Positions 9,818-20,530 of a stretch of 38,552 nt of DNA are shown piece after piece. The stretch is from assembly GCA_035650735.1 (NCBI GenBank), contig DASRGZ010000080.1, positions 1 through 38,552 of the forward strand, read 5' to 3'. Numbering within the stretch: the first letter of the stretch is position 1; each line of letters opens with the position of its first letter. This DNA is from Chthonomonadaceae bacterium (GTDB lineage Bacteria > Armatimonadota > Chthonomonadetes > Chthonomonadales > Chthonomonadaceae). The notes below the pieces were generated by a model. The model searched no databases. It was not told the origin of the DNA and saw only the letters and a program-made list of their open reading frames with translations. Both the position numbers and the translations under genes were made by a program.

Positions 9818-10008
9818 CTTGCCCTCACCCCCGGCCCCTCTCCCGCAACGCCGGGAGAGGGGAGAGGCCCCCACCCCTTGATCCCCTCCCCCAAGAACAG
9901 GGGAGGGGAGAGGAAACGCTGGCTTCTCCTCTCCCTGCAAAGGTATCGCTAGGTGGAGGCACGAACCGTTGAGCGCCGACCCTGGCAGTGGGTTGGGGGT
10001 GGGGCGAG
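9818..10008. repeat. Palindromic repeat element family A (CCCTCACCCC...CCCTCTCCC-loop-GGGAGAGGGG), MITE-like
   Basis: Two tandem hairpins at 9822-9864 and ~9868-9910, an imperfect inverted end GGGTTGGGGGTGGGGCGA, and a flanking direct repeat AAAGGAGAATCCA. Confidence 0.75.
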
Positions 10009-10020
10009 AAAGGAGAATCC

Positions 10021-11313
10021 ATGCGAACGGAGAGAGTGGGACTCATTGCGGTGTGCGTGGGTCTGGCGCTGGCGGCGTTGGGAGGCGCGGCGCAGGCGCA
10101 GGAAAGCCGCTCGGAGGGGCTGCTGGCGGCGGCGGATAAGGTGGACATCACGCCGACGCACTCCGTCTATATGGCCGGTTATGCTGGCAATCGGCGCAGC
10201 GTGGGCGCCCACGATCCGCTGATGGCACGCTGCCTGGTGATGCAGCAGGGGCCAACGCGCATCGCCTTCGTCTCCTGCGACCTGCTGGGCGTGCCGCGCT
10301 ACCAGATCGAGCAGATCCGCGCCAAGGTCCGCTCCGTCGCCCCGGAGCACCTCTATATCGCCGCCACGCATACCCACTCCGGCCCGGATACGCTCGGCCA
10401 GTGGGGGCCGGACCTCCAGACAAGCGGCGTGGATCAGGAGTGGATGGCCGGCTTCCGCGCGAAGGTCGCCCGGCTGGTAGACGCCACGGCGGCCAGGCTC
10501 CAGCCTGCGGTCCTGAAGTTTGCCAGCACGAAACAGGTGCCGCGCATCTCCAAAAATATCCGCGTGCCCCAGATACTCGATACCGAACTGGGCGTGATGC
10601 AGGTGCTGGCCCGCGATACACAGAAGCCCATCGCTACCCTCGTCAACTACGCCTGCCACCCGGAGATCCTCAACACGCACCATCTGACCGCCGATTTTCC
10701 CCACTGGCTCTATGAGACGGTAGAGGGCAAGGCGGGCGGCGTCTGCCTGTATCTCAACGGCGCGCAGGGCGGGATGGTCACCGCCGATTTTGACGAGACG
10801 ACCGCGCCCAAAGGCGAGAACTGGCAGGCGGCAGAGGCCATCGGCACGAGCCTGGGCCAGCGCGCACAGGAGCTTCTAGGGCAGGCCGAGATCGTGCGCG
10901 AGGCGCCTATTCAGACGCAGCAGCGCGTCTTTACCGTCCCCCTGGAAAACGCGCAGTTCAAGGCGCTCATCGCCCTCAAGGTCTTTCCCAACCTGCTCAA
11001 AGATGGCCAGATCGAAACGGAGGTCAACCGCATCACTATCGGTCCGGCGGAGTTTCTGACCCTGCCCGGTGAAGTCCTGCCCAATATCGGCCTCTACCTC
11101 AAGCGGCTAATGTCCGGGCAACCCAAATTTCTCCTGGGCCTCACCTGCGACGAGCTTGGCTACATCCTGACGCCGGAAGATTACGGCCTCGACCTCTATC
11201 GCTACGAGACCAGCGTATCGGTCGGCTCAGAGATGGGCGCACGGATGGAGCAAAACCTGCGCGCCCTGCTCTTGACAGACGGACGGAAACGTGCTAGAGT
11301 CGGCAAGCACTAA
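10021..11313 (+). CDS. Neutral/alkaline ceramidase-like secreted hydrolase
   Basis: AGGAG RBS, signal peptide, VDITP, HDPLMARCLV, ATHTHSGPD, NYACHPE, NGAQG, TLPGEV. Confidence 0.8.
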   Translation: MRTERVGLIAVCVGLALAALGGAAQAQESRSEGLLAAADKVDITPTHSVYMAGYAGNRRSVGAHDPLMARCLVMQQGPTRIAFVSCDLLGVPRYQIEQIRAKVRSVAPEHLYIAATHTHSGPDTLGQWGPDLQTSGVDQEWMAGFRAKVARLVDATAARLQPAVLKFASTKQVPRISKNIRVPQILDTELGVMQVLARDTQKPIATLVNYACHPEILNTHHLTADFPHWLYETVEGKAGGVCLYLNGAQGGMVTADFDETTAPKGENWQAAEAIGTSLGQRAQELLGQAEIVREAPIQTQQRVFTVPLENAQFKALIALKVFPNLLKDGQIETEVNRITIGPAEFLTLPGEVLPNIGLYLKRLMSGQPKFLLGLTCDELGYILTPEDYGLDLYRYETSVSVGSEMGARMEQNLRALLLTDGRKRARVGKH

Positions 11314-11331
11314 TTACAGGAGGATCTGGCT

Positions 11332-12837
11332 GTGTTGGCCCTAAATGTGTGCTTTTTGCCGAGTTTTGCACCGGTCGGGCGTAAGCGCTGCGGGCGCTGG
11401 AAGGGCGTAATGCGGGCGGTCTGCACGGCGGGCCTCGCGGCGAGCCTGCTGGGCTTGCTGCCCAGCGTGGACGCGGCGGCGCAGGACAGCGAAGCGGCCA
11501 AAGGCGCCGTTCCCGCCGCGCCCCAGAGCCAGGCACCGTCCCCCGCGCAGCCGACGCTCAACTTCCGCGAGCGTCCCAAGTATCCGACCGACCCGCAGCG
11601 ACTGCGGCGCACCGTCCAGATAGACGGCGTGCTTAGCGATGGCGAGTGGGACCCATTCTATACCGTGACTGAAGGGCCCATCAAGGGAACCGTCTATTGT
11701 AATTGGGATGACAACTATCTCTATCTGGCGGCGCGCACGGATCAGCCCGCCTCCGTGCTGTTCGACCTGGACATGGGCGGCGACGGCTGGCTGCGCAGCG
11801 CCGATAACCTGGAAGTGGTGATCGGCAGCATCGGGGAGGGCAGCGCGCCGACGGTGGCAGCGCGCCTGCTGGATGCCGCCAACAGCAAGGATACCCCGGT
11901 CTGGAACGACAAAGCGGTGGATGTCAAGGCGCTGCCGGTGGCGGGCAAACTCACCAACGGCACACAGGTCGTGGAGCTTGCCATCCCGAAGGATACCGCC
12001 AGCCTAGTCCTGCGGCCTGGAGCAACCATCGGGGTGCGCGCCGAGTTCCTGCCACCCGGCCCGGCGACCGCCTACATTCCCACGCAGGCGTTTGAGCCGC
12101 ATTTGCTGCTGGATGCGACGCTAGCCGAATCGCGGGTGCAACCGGTGGCCGGCATCAACCCGCGCCTGACTCTCTCCGATTATAAGTGCATCGCGGGCCA
12201 GAAGCTGTTTGCGACGCTGGAACTGCTCAACCAGAGAGATGTGCCGGTGCCTATCCGCAGCGTGCTCTGGACGGGACAGGGCAACTCCGTCAACGTGGTC
12301 AACACGGTGCGCGAAGTGACCGTGCCGCCCATTGCGCCGTCGAAGCGGCTCAAACTCAAGTACAGCACCGTTCTGCCGCCTACCCTGGCGCCCGGCTCCT
12401 ACACGCTGATGGTCACGGCGGATCTGGAGGAGGGCAAGCAGGTGCAGTCGGCGGCGACCTTCACCATCGTCGAGCCGGTGCAGGCGCAGATGTCCGCCGA
12501 GCCGGAGCCGGTGGCTGTGGTCGGCTCGACGAAGCTGCGGGTCAACGTGGATGTCTTCAGCGCCGTTCCTCGCTACCTGGGCGGCAGCGTGGAATTGCTG
12601 AGCGTGCCCGCCGGATGGGAGCTTAAAGGCAGCAAGAAACGCGAGCTGTTTATTGACCACGAGGACGGGCAGGAGATAATCCGTTACGATTTCCGGCTGC
12701 CCTCCACCACGCCTGCCGGGGACTACCCACTGGAGGCGGCGGTTAACTGGCAGGGGCGCGTCTGGAAGCTAAAGCATGTCGTCCATGTGGTCCGTCCTGA
12801 GGAGACTTCCCCCGCAAAGACGGAAGCGAAGAAGTGA
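11332..12837 (+). CDS. Secreted hypothetical protein (CBM9/DOMON-like N-terminal domain, Ig-like/NEW3-like C-terminal domains)
   Basis: IDGVLSDGEW...WDDNYLYLAA...VELAIP; C-terminal VPAGWEL...TPAGDYPL. True start may be ~11410. Confidence 0.65.
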   Translation: MLALNVCFLPSFAPVGRKRCGRWKGVMRAVCTAGLAASLLGLLPSVDAAAQDSEAAKGAVPAAPQSQAPSPAQPTLNFRERPKYPTDPQRLRRTVQIDGVLSDGEWDPFYTVTEGPIKGTVYCNWDDNYLYLAARTDQPASVLFDLDMGGDGWLRSADNLEVVIGSIGEGSAPTVAARLLDAANSKDTPVWNDKAVDVKALPVAGKLTNGTQVVELAIPKDTASLVLRPGATIGVRAEFLPPGPATAYIPTQAFEPHLLLDATLAESRVQPVAGINPRLTLSDYKCIAGQKLFATLELLNQRDVPVPIRSVLWTGQGNSVNVVNTVREVTVPPIAPSKRLKLKYSTVLPPTLAPGSYTLMVTADLEEGKQVQSAATFTIVEPVQAQMSAEPEPVAVVGSTKLRVNVDVFSAVPRYLGGSVELLSVPAGWELKGSKKRELFIDHEDGQEIIRYDFRLPSTTPAGDYPLEAAVNWQGRVWKLKHVVHVVRPEETSPAKTEAKK

Positions 12838-12880
12838 TTACGGTCGGGTGGAGTGGGGCCAGAACGAGGATGCAAGTTTC

Positions 12881-13792
12881 GTGAATGCAATTGAGACCTT
12901 TGGATTGGGCAAAGCCTATCGGGGCCTGCCCGCCGTGCGCGACCTAAATCTGCTCGTGCCGCAGGGCTCGGTGTTCGGGTTCCTCGGCCCCAATGGCGCC
13001 GGCAAGACGACCACGATCATGATGCTGCTGGGCAACATTCGTCCGACCACCGGCAACGCGCAACTGCTGGGTAAGCCTATCGGCGATGTGGCGATCCGGC
13101 GGCGGGTAGGGTTCCTGCCGGAGAAGTTCCAGTTCCACGACTTCCTGACTGCCGTCGAGTTCCTGAACCTGCACGGCAAGCTCTCCGGCATGGATGGCGC
13201 CTGGAGGGCGCGGCGCGTGCCGGAGGTGCTGGAGCGCGTGGGGCTGGCCGATCGCGCCCGGTCCAAACTGCGCGAGTTCTCCAAGGGAATGCAGCAGCGC
13301 ATCGGGCTGGCGCAGGCTATCCTCCACGACCCTGACCTCGTCATTCTTGACGAGCCAACCTCGGCGCTCGATCCCCTTGGCCGCCGCGATGTGCGCGACA
13401 TCATCAATGAGTTGCGCACGGAGGGCAAGACGGTGCTGGTCAACTCGCACCTGCTCTCCGAGATCGAGATGACCTGCGATCAGGTTGCGATCATCAAGCG
13501 AGGACAGGTGGCAGCGCAGGGGACGATAGAGGAGCTGTTGGCCTTTTCGTCTACCGTCGAAGTGGAAGTGCGCGACATGAACGACGCGGCGATGGCGGCG
13601 GTGCGGCAGGTAACCCCCCGGCTCAAATTCGAGCGGGTGCCGATCACGCGGTTCACCGCCTGGGTGCACAGCGAGGACGATATTCCCGAACTGGCGCGGG
13701 CCCTCGTCCAGAACGGCGCCCGGCTCGTTGCTCTCATTCCCAAGCGCGAGACGTTAGAAGAGCTGTTTGTCCGCGTGATCGAAGGAAAATAA
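12881..13792 (+). CDS. ABC-2 type exporter ATP-binding protein
   Basis: Walker A GPNGAGKTT, signature FSKGMQQR, Walker B VILDEPT, H-loop NSH. GTG start at 12881. Confidence 0.95.
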   Translation: MNAIETFGLGKAYRGLPAVRDLNLLVPQGSVFGFLGPNGAGKTTTIMMLLGNIRPTTGNAQLLGKPIGDVAIRRRVGFLPEKFQFHDFLTAVEFLNLHGKLSGMDGAWRARRVPEVLERVGLADRARSKLREFSKGMQQRIGLAQAILHDPDLVILDEPTSALDPLGRRDVRDIINELRTEGKTVLVNSHLLSEIEMTCDQVAIIKRGQVAAQGTIEELLAFSSTVEVEVRDMNDAAMAAVRQVTPRLKFERVPITRFTAWVHSEDDIPELARALVQNGARLVALIPKRETLEELFVRVIEGK

Positions 13793-14004
13793 CACAACCT
13801 CTAGCGATAGACCCGCTACAGCCGCAATGCCCCACAGCAGGCCACCGTTGTGGGGCATCAGCTTGCGTCCTTGTTGTTCCGCCAGCACCGTCTGTTCCGG
13901 CGCCAGCCCTTGCTCCGTGCGCAGTTGCTGCAGAATGCGTCCGCTTTGCCCCGTCCTTTCCAGTAAATTGGTATAGTTTGCATATCATTTAACGTTTTTC
14001 ATTC

Positions 14005-14033
14005 TTGACAGCAATTACTTTATTATATATTAT
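14005..14033 (+). promoter_or_regulatory. Sigma70-type promoter upstream of the MOSC and globin genes
   Basis: TTGACA (14005-14010)-N17-TATTAT (14028-14033) in an AT-rich tract. Confidence 0.7.
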
Positions 14034-14152
14034 AACACTCACGGACAAGCGGCTGCGGCGGTGTCGCCTGGCATCCGATCTGATCGCAGGTTATCTAATT
14101 TAGAGGGTCTGGCTCAAAGCAATAACAGCGGTTAGAGAAAGGAAGGCAGGAC

Positions 14153-14931
14153 ATGAGCATTATCGGAACCGTGGATAGCCTGTGGCGCTATCCGGTCAAA
14201 AGTATGCGGGGCGAGACGTTGGACGAAGCCTTCATCGGGTTTTCCGGAGTCTATGGCGACCGCCTCTTCGCCTTCCGGAGTTCGGCCCAACCCAAAGGCT
14301 TTCCCTATCTGACGGCACGGGAGCAGCAAGCGATGTTACGGTATCGCCCTCGATTCCGTGATCCCGATAAGGCGGCACGTCCCCCGATCTCAACGAAGCA
14401 GAGAGCATCACACCCGGTCTTAATCCCCTGTACGCCGATCCGGCGGACCTGATGGTGGATGTCCAGACACCCTCCGGAGAGATTCTGGCTATAGACGACC
14501 CCACGCTCATGGGTATGCTGGGCGATGCGTCTACCCTCACGCTGGTACGCTCGGAGCGGGCGCTGACGGATTGCCGTCCCGTGTCGCTGTTTTCGGTACA
14601 GACCGCACAGCAGCTTGGGGAGGAGCTTGGAACCACAGTGGATCTGCGCCGCTTCCGGGCCAATGTCTATGTGGACTTGACTTCCGCAGGCGGCTTCGGC
14701 GAGGATACGCTTGTGGGCCGCTCTCTGCGTCTCGGATCAAAGGTGATGATCTCGGTTCTGGAGCGCGATCCGCGCTGCAAGATGATTACCCTGGATCCTG
14801 ATACCGGAGCCTCGACCCCCGCGTTCCTGCGCAAGGTGGCCAAAGCCCATAATGGCATGGCTGGCGTCTATGGGGCCGTCCTGGTGGAGGGCATAGTGCG
14901 GAAGGGCGATGCCGTGGAACTATTAGACTAG
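14153..14931 (+). pseudogene. MOSC-domain (mARC/YcbX-like) molybdoprotein, single frameshift near 14382-14386
   Basis: LWRYPVKSMRGE...GDRLFAF (MOSC_N), then in a shifted frame DLNEAESITPGLNPLYADPADLMVDV...RRFRANVYV...DPRCKMIT...GVYGAVLVEGIVRKGD. The shift is at a C5 run and could be a sequencing error. Confidence 0.85.
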
Positions 14932-14973
14932 CCCACGGTGTGCAACCATTCAAAAGCCGAAAGGAGAACGAAA

Positions 14974-15375
14974 ATGCAAGCGAACGAACAGCCCTCGCTC
15001 TATGACCGATTGGGCGGCGTCTATAACATCGCAACGGTCGTGGATGACCTGATTGATCGGCTAATGAACGATCCGCGTTTGAATGCTAATCCCCGCGTGA
15101 ATGAGGCTCACCATCGCGTCTCGCCCGCCGGGTTCAAGTATCTGGCGACAGAACTGGTCTGCTCAGCAACTGGCGGCCCGCAGACCTACTCGGGCCGCTC
15201 AATGGGAGACTTGCATCGGCATCTAGGGATCACCGAGGAAGAGTGGGCCGCCTTTATGGACGATCTCGAGCAGACGCTGAAGAAGTTCGACGTGCCGCAG
15301 CCTGAGCAAGAGGAATTGAAGGCCATCGTCGAGAGTACAAAAGAAGCGATTGTCATCCAACCGTGCTTAACCTAG
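14974..15375 (+). CDS. Group I truncated haemoglobin
   Basis: AGGAG RBS; SLYDRLGG, ATGGPQTYSGRSMGDLH (proximal His), LGITEEEW. Confidence 0.92.
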   Translation: MQANEQPSLYDRLGGVYNIATVVDDLIDRLMNDPRLNANPRVNEAHHRVSPAGFKYLATELVCSATGGPQTYSGRSMGDLHRHLGITEEEWAAFMDDLEQTLKKFDVPQPEQEELKAIVESTKEAIVIQPCLT

Positions 15376-15400
15376 TTGCCGGGTTCCTCCCAAAACAGTC

Positions 15401-15444
15401 TCACTTATGTGTGTCACCTACCAAAGTGTGACACACATAAGTGA
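15401..15444. terminator. Perfect 17-bp hairpin between the convergent globin and pgm genes
   Basis: TCACTTATGTGTGTCAC-N10-GTGACACACATAAGTGA. No U-tract, so the terminator role is inferred from position only. Confidence 0.5.
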
Positions 15445-15481
15445 AGCGAGACGGGGAATCGAACAGAGCGAGAACCAAAGG

Positions 15482-17119
<1,638 letters not shown>

Positions 17120-17153
17120 GCGTCTCTTCGTCCTTTTCAGTGGTTCTCTCCGC

Positions 17154-17360
17154 CTGGCAGCCCACCCGTAAACGAGTGGGCTGCGGACGGCAAGCCCCCT
17201 AAAGGGGGCTACGAGGGGCGGGTTAGCTTCCTGCAAAGGAGCCTTGTCAGGCAGAGCACTGAGGCATCTTTGCCTCTGGTAGGAACCGATCCACCTGGCG
17301 CAGCCCCATTTAGGGAGCTTGCCGCCCACGGCCCAGTCCTTTAGGGCCGGGCGGAGCCGG
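17154..17360. repeat. REPIN-like composite palindromic element family C, copy 1
   Basis: GCAGCCCACCCGTAAACGAGTGGGCTGCGGACGGCAAGCCC...GCTTGCCGCCCACGGCCCAGTCCTTTAGGGCCGGGC; arms shared with 24749-24911. Confidence 0.85.
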
Positions 17361-18540
17361 TTCCTTGCCCGCCTGGGAGCACGGGGGGCGGCGTGTAGGG
17401 CGGCAGCGTGCCCAGGAGTGCCTGCTTGACCCACATGCCGAAGTACGGCGTCGGCGTGTAGTTCCAATCCGAAATCAGGCAAGGACCGGCGGCAGGATGC
17501 AGGTCCCAGGCCGTCCAGTTCCAGCCGTGATCCTGGAGAACTTGCAAGACGTACCGGACCCACTGCTCACTCCTATCGCTGAAGCCGTTGCGGCTCGGCT
17601 GGCTGCCAAATTCGCTGACGATCACGGGCAGCGTCTTCGTCGCCGCTTCCATCTTTGCCGCCCACTGCTCCACCGTATCGCCCTTGAACGGATAGGTATG
17701 GTTGGCATAGAGGACACCGTGTCCTTTGGGATCGGAAAGCTGCTTGCCCGCCAGAATGCCGGAAAAATCGTAGGCCCAATCCAGCCCGCCGGCAACGACG
17801 ACATTTCGCGCGCCCGTGCCGCGCACGGCGTTGAGCAGCGCCTGCATCCCGACGGCGTCATAGGTCTTCTCGTCACCCGTTCTGCGGTTCTTTTCCGTGA
17901 CCTTGCCGCCCTCACGCCAGATGTCCCAGGTCACGTCGTGCGGTTCGTTGTAGAGGTCAAAGAGAACGGCAGGATGATTTTTATAAGTCCTGGCACAGTC
18001 CTTCCAGAAGGTCAGACTGTTCTGGTCGGGCATCTTATGCTGGCCGATCTGCTTGCCCCACTCGCCCTCATCCGACCAGTGCAGGTCCAGCAGGATATAG
18101 CAGGCCTGCGCGGCGCAAGTGTCCACGATCTGCCGGACGAGAGCGCGATAGGCTTTGCCTTCGTCCGTCTGTTCGGACGCCTTCCCAAACCAGCGATCCT
18201 GCGCCAGCGGCAGGCGAATGATATTGACATGCCAATCCCGAATGGCGGTTTGTACCGTGTCGAGAATATGCCCCTCGCCGTCGCTCGTCCATTCGAGGCT
18301 GGCCACGTTGACGCCGCGCAGATGGACAGGCTTGTTCTGGCTGTCCAGCAGTTGCGTGCCGACCACCTTCAGCGGCGATAGTCGGGCCGATGGCTTCCCT
18401 GCCGCCAGAGCGCTCGTTCCTGCTGCTGTCCATGCTACGGCGCATAGCAGCAGGCCCCAAACTCCATACCGAGCCGCGCGTGGTAACGTCCTCAACATTA
18501 ATCTGATTTCTCCTTCAGCTAAGGTGCGAGATACATTCAC
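17341..18540 (-). CDS. Glycoside hydrolase family 5 (cellulase-like), secreted
   Basis: [24 protein letters not shown] (acid/base), HTYP, IVSEFG (nucleophile), WTAW. Start may be ~18498. Confidence 0.92.
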   Translation of the reverse strand: MNVSRTLAEGEIRLMLRTLPRAARYGVWGLLLCAVAWTAAGTSALAAGKPSARLSPLKVVGTQLLDSQNKPVHLRGVNVASLEWTSDGEGHILDTVQTAIRDWHVNIIRLPLAQDRWFGKASEQTDEGKAYRALVRQIVDTCAAQACYILLDLHWSDEGEWGKQIGQHKMPDQNSLTFWKDCARTYKNHPAVLFDLYNEPHDVTWDIWREGGKVTEKNRRTGDEKTYDAVGMQALLNAVRGTGARNVVVAGGLDWAYDFSGILAGKQLSDPKGHGVLYANHTYPFKGDTVEQWAAKMEAATKTLPVIVSEFGSQPSRNGFSDRSEQWVRYVLQVLQDHGWNWTAWDLHPAAGPCLISDWNYTPTPYFGMWVKQALLGTLPPYTPPPVLPGGQGTGSARP

Positions 18541-19319
18541 TCACAGCGCACGTACTCCGGATGAATATCCGCTAGGGCCGGGAATGTCTCGCGGTAGGCC
18601 AGAAGCGCAGGCAAGTCCAGCTCGGCCTGGATGCAGCCCTCCGCTTCGCCCGCGTCCGCCAGAATATTGCCGCGCGGATCCACAATCAGGCTGCGGCCCG
18701 AATAGCAAAGCTTAGGATCGTCGCCGCAGCGATTGACGCCCACGACATACGCCTGGTTCTCGATGGCTCGCGCCTGCAATAGCGTCAGCCAGTGGTGCTC
18801 CCTGGGCTGGGGCCAGTTGGCAATGACCACGAAAAGCTGCGCGCCACGCCGCGCCGCACTGCGGAACACCTCCGGAAAGCGCAGGTCGTAGCAGATGAAG
18901 GGCGCGACCGTGAACTCCTGGCACGCGAATACAACAGGCTTATCGCCGGAAGCGTAGTGCTTCGACTCGCCGCCATAGGTGAATGGGTGCATCTTGCAGT
19001 AGCGGACGACCTCGCGGCCCTCCGGGTCAAAGACAACCGCCTCGTTGCGCCCGCGTCCGTCCGACCCCATAGTCGTCACGCCGCCGAGCATAAAGACGTC
19101 GAATTCCCGCGCAGTGCGCGCTAGAAACCGCTCCGTTTCACGGGCAGCGCCTTCAGCGATAGCGGCAACATTCAGGCTAAAGCCGGTCGAGAACATCTCC
19201 GGCAGCGCCACGAGCGAGCCTTTGGCGATGGAAGCACGCTCCAGCAGCGCGCGCACTTTCGCATGGTTGGCCGCTTTGTCTTCCCAGGCAATATCCAGTT
19301 GGCAGCAGACGATATGCAT
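18537..19319 (-). CDS. Carbon-nitrogen hydrolase (omega-amidase YafV/MtnU-like)
   Basis: Triad motifs LPEMF, YCKMHPF, ICYDLRFPE; ARAIENQAYV. Confidence 0.9.
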   Translation of the reverse strand: MHIVCCQLDIAWEDKAANHAKVRALLERASIAKGSLVALPEMFSTGFSLNVAAIAEGAARETERFLARTAREFDVFMLGGVTTMGSDGRGRNEAVVFDPEGREVVRYCKMHPFTYGGESKHYASGDKPVVFACQEFTVAPFICYDLRFPEVFRSAARRGAQLFVVIANWPQPREHHWLTLLQARAIENQAYVVGVNRCGDDPKLCYSGRSLIVDPRGNILADAGEAEGCIQAELDLPALLAYRETFPALADIHPEYVRCE

Positions 19320-19325
19320 GGACGT

Positions 19326-20507
19326 TTACTCCTTCAACAGCGTGCGCAGTCCCTCGACGAGCCTGCCGATCCCCTCCATGGCGCGGTCTTTCGGCAGGGT
19401 GCCGTAGGAAACGCGCAGGTAGCAGCCGGCCTCCATGCCGAAGGTTGTGCCGGGCAGGGCGGCGACGCGGTGCTCGGCGATGAGCCGTTCCACCAGGCGC
19501 ATCGGGTCTAAGCAGGCGTGAATCTTGAGCAGGAAATAGAACGCGCCTTTCGCCTCCGGCACGGTACAGAGCGGCTGGAGCGACCGCAGCGCCTCCAGGG
19601 CGACCTGGCGTACCTCGGCAATGTCCCGCAGATGCTTGCGGCAGTAGTCGGCGCCGGCCTCCAGCGCGCCCACCGCCGCGTACTGCGAAATCACCGGCGG
19701 GCAGATGAGCATGGTATCCTGGATCTTCTTCACAGGCACCAGCAGCTGTTCCGGCAGCACCATATACCCGATCCGCCAGCTTGCAAAGCCATACGCCTTC
19801 GAGAGCGAGTAGAGGGAGATGGTATAGCTTTCGCTGCCGGGGAGACTGCCGGGAGAAAAATGGCGCGCGCCGTCATAGGTGAAGTACTCGTAGGCTTCGT
19901 CGCTGATGTGATAGAGGCGATACCGACGGCAAAGCGCATTGATGGCGCGCAACGCCTCCTCCGCGTAGACCGCGCCCGTCGGATTGTTGGGCGAGATGGT
20001 CAGGATGGCCCGCGTCCGTTCCGTAATCGCAGCCTCGATAGCCTCCAGGCGCGGCTGATAGTTCTCGTCCGTTGCGACGGTGACAGGGCGGCAGCCCGCC
20101 ATCGCCACCGCCATATCGTGGTTGAAATAGTAGGGCGTCAGCAAGATAATCTCATCGCTGGGGTCGGTGACGGCGAGGATGGCGTTCAGGAAGGCCATGT
20201 TTGCGCCCGCCGTAACGACGAGGCTGCGGCCTGCCTGTAGGTCTATGCCGTTTTCGGCGCGCAGTTTGGCGGCGATAGCCTCCAGCAGCGGCGGAATGCC
20301 CTGTACCGGACGGTACTTGTGATTATCGGGGTCGCTCAGAAAGCGCGCAATCGCCTCCACTGCTTGCGGCGGCGGGGGATAGTGGACGACGCCCTGCCCA
20401 AGCGAGATCGTGCCCGGATGGCGGCTGATCATCTCGCCGACAATCGGAATGACCGGCGACTGCACGGCCTGCATACGAAACGGTTCCTGCATAGTTTTAC
20501 AATTCAT
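19326..20507 (-). CDS. PLP-dependent aminotransferase class I/II
   Basis: ISLGQG, SPNNPTG, SDEAY, SLSKAYGFASWRIGY (PLP Lys), YLRVSY. Confidence 0.95.
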   Translation of the reverse strand: MNCKTMQEPFRMQAVQSPVIPIVGEMISRHPGTISLGQGVVHYPPPPQAVEAIARFLSDPDNHKYRPVQGIPPLLEAIAAKLRAENGIDLQAGRSLVVTAGANMAFLNAILAVTDPSDEIILLTPYYFNHDMAVAMAGCRPVTVATDENYQPRLEAIEAAITERTRAILTISPNNPTGAVYAEEALRAINALCRRYRLYHISDEAYEYFTYDGARHFSPGSLPGSESYTISLYSLSKAYGFASWRIGYMVLPEQLLVPVKKIQDTMLICPPVISQYAAVGALEAGADYCRKHLRDIAEVRQVALEALRSLQPLCTVPEAKGAFYFLLKIHACLDPMRLVERLIAEHRVAALPGTTFGMEAGCYLRVSYGTLPKDRAMEGIGRLVEGLRTLLKE

Positions 20508-20530
20508 CTATATAAGGTTAACGTAGGCCT

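Noticed and set aside
13800..13990. Short minus-strand ORFs between the ABC ATPase and MOSC genes
   Set aside because: No recognisable motif or RBS; possibly a gene remnant but not supportable.
17120..17563. 148-aa N-terminal extension of Pgm in the ORF track
   Set aside because: It runs through the family C repeat and the GH5 3' end; the conserved Pgm start is at 17119.
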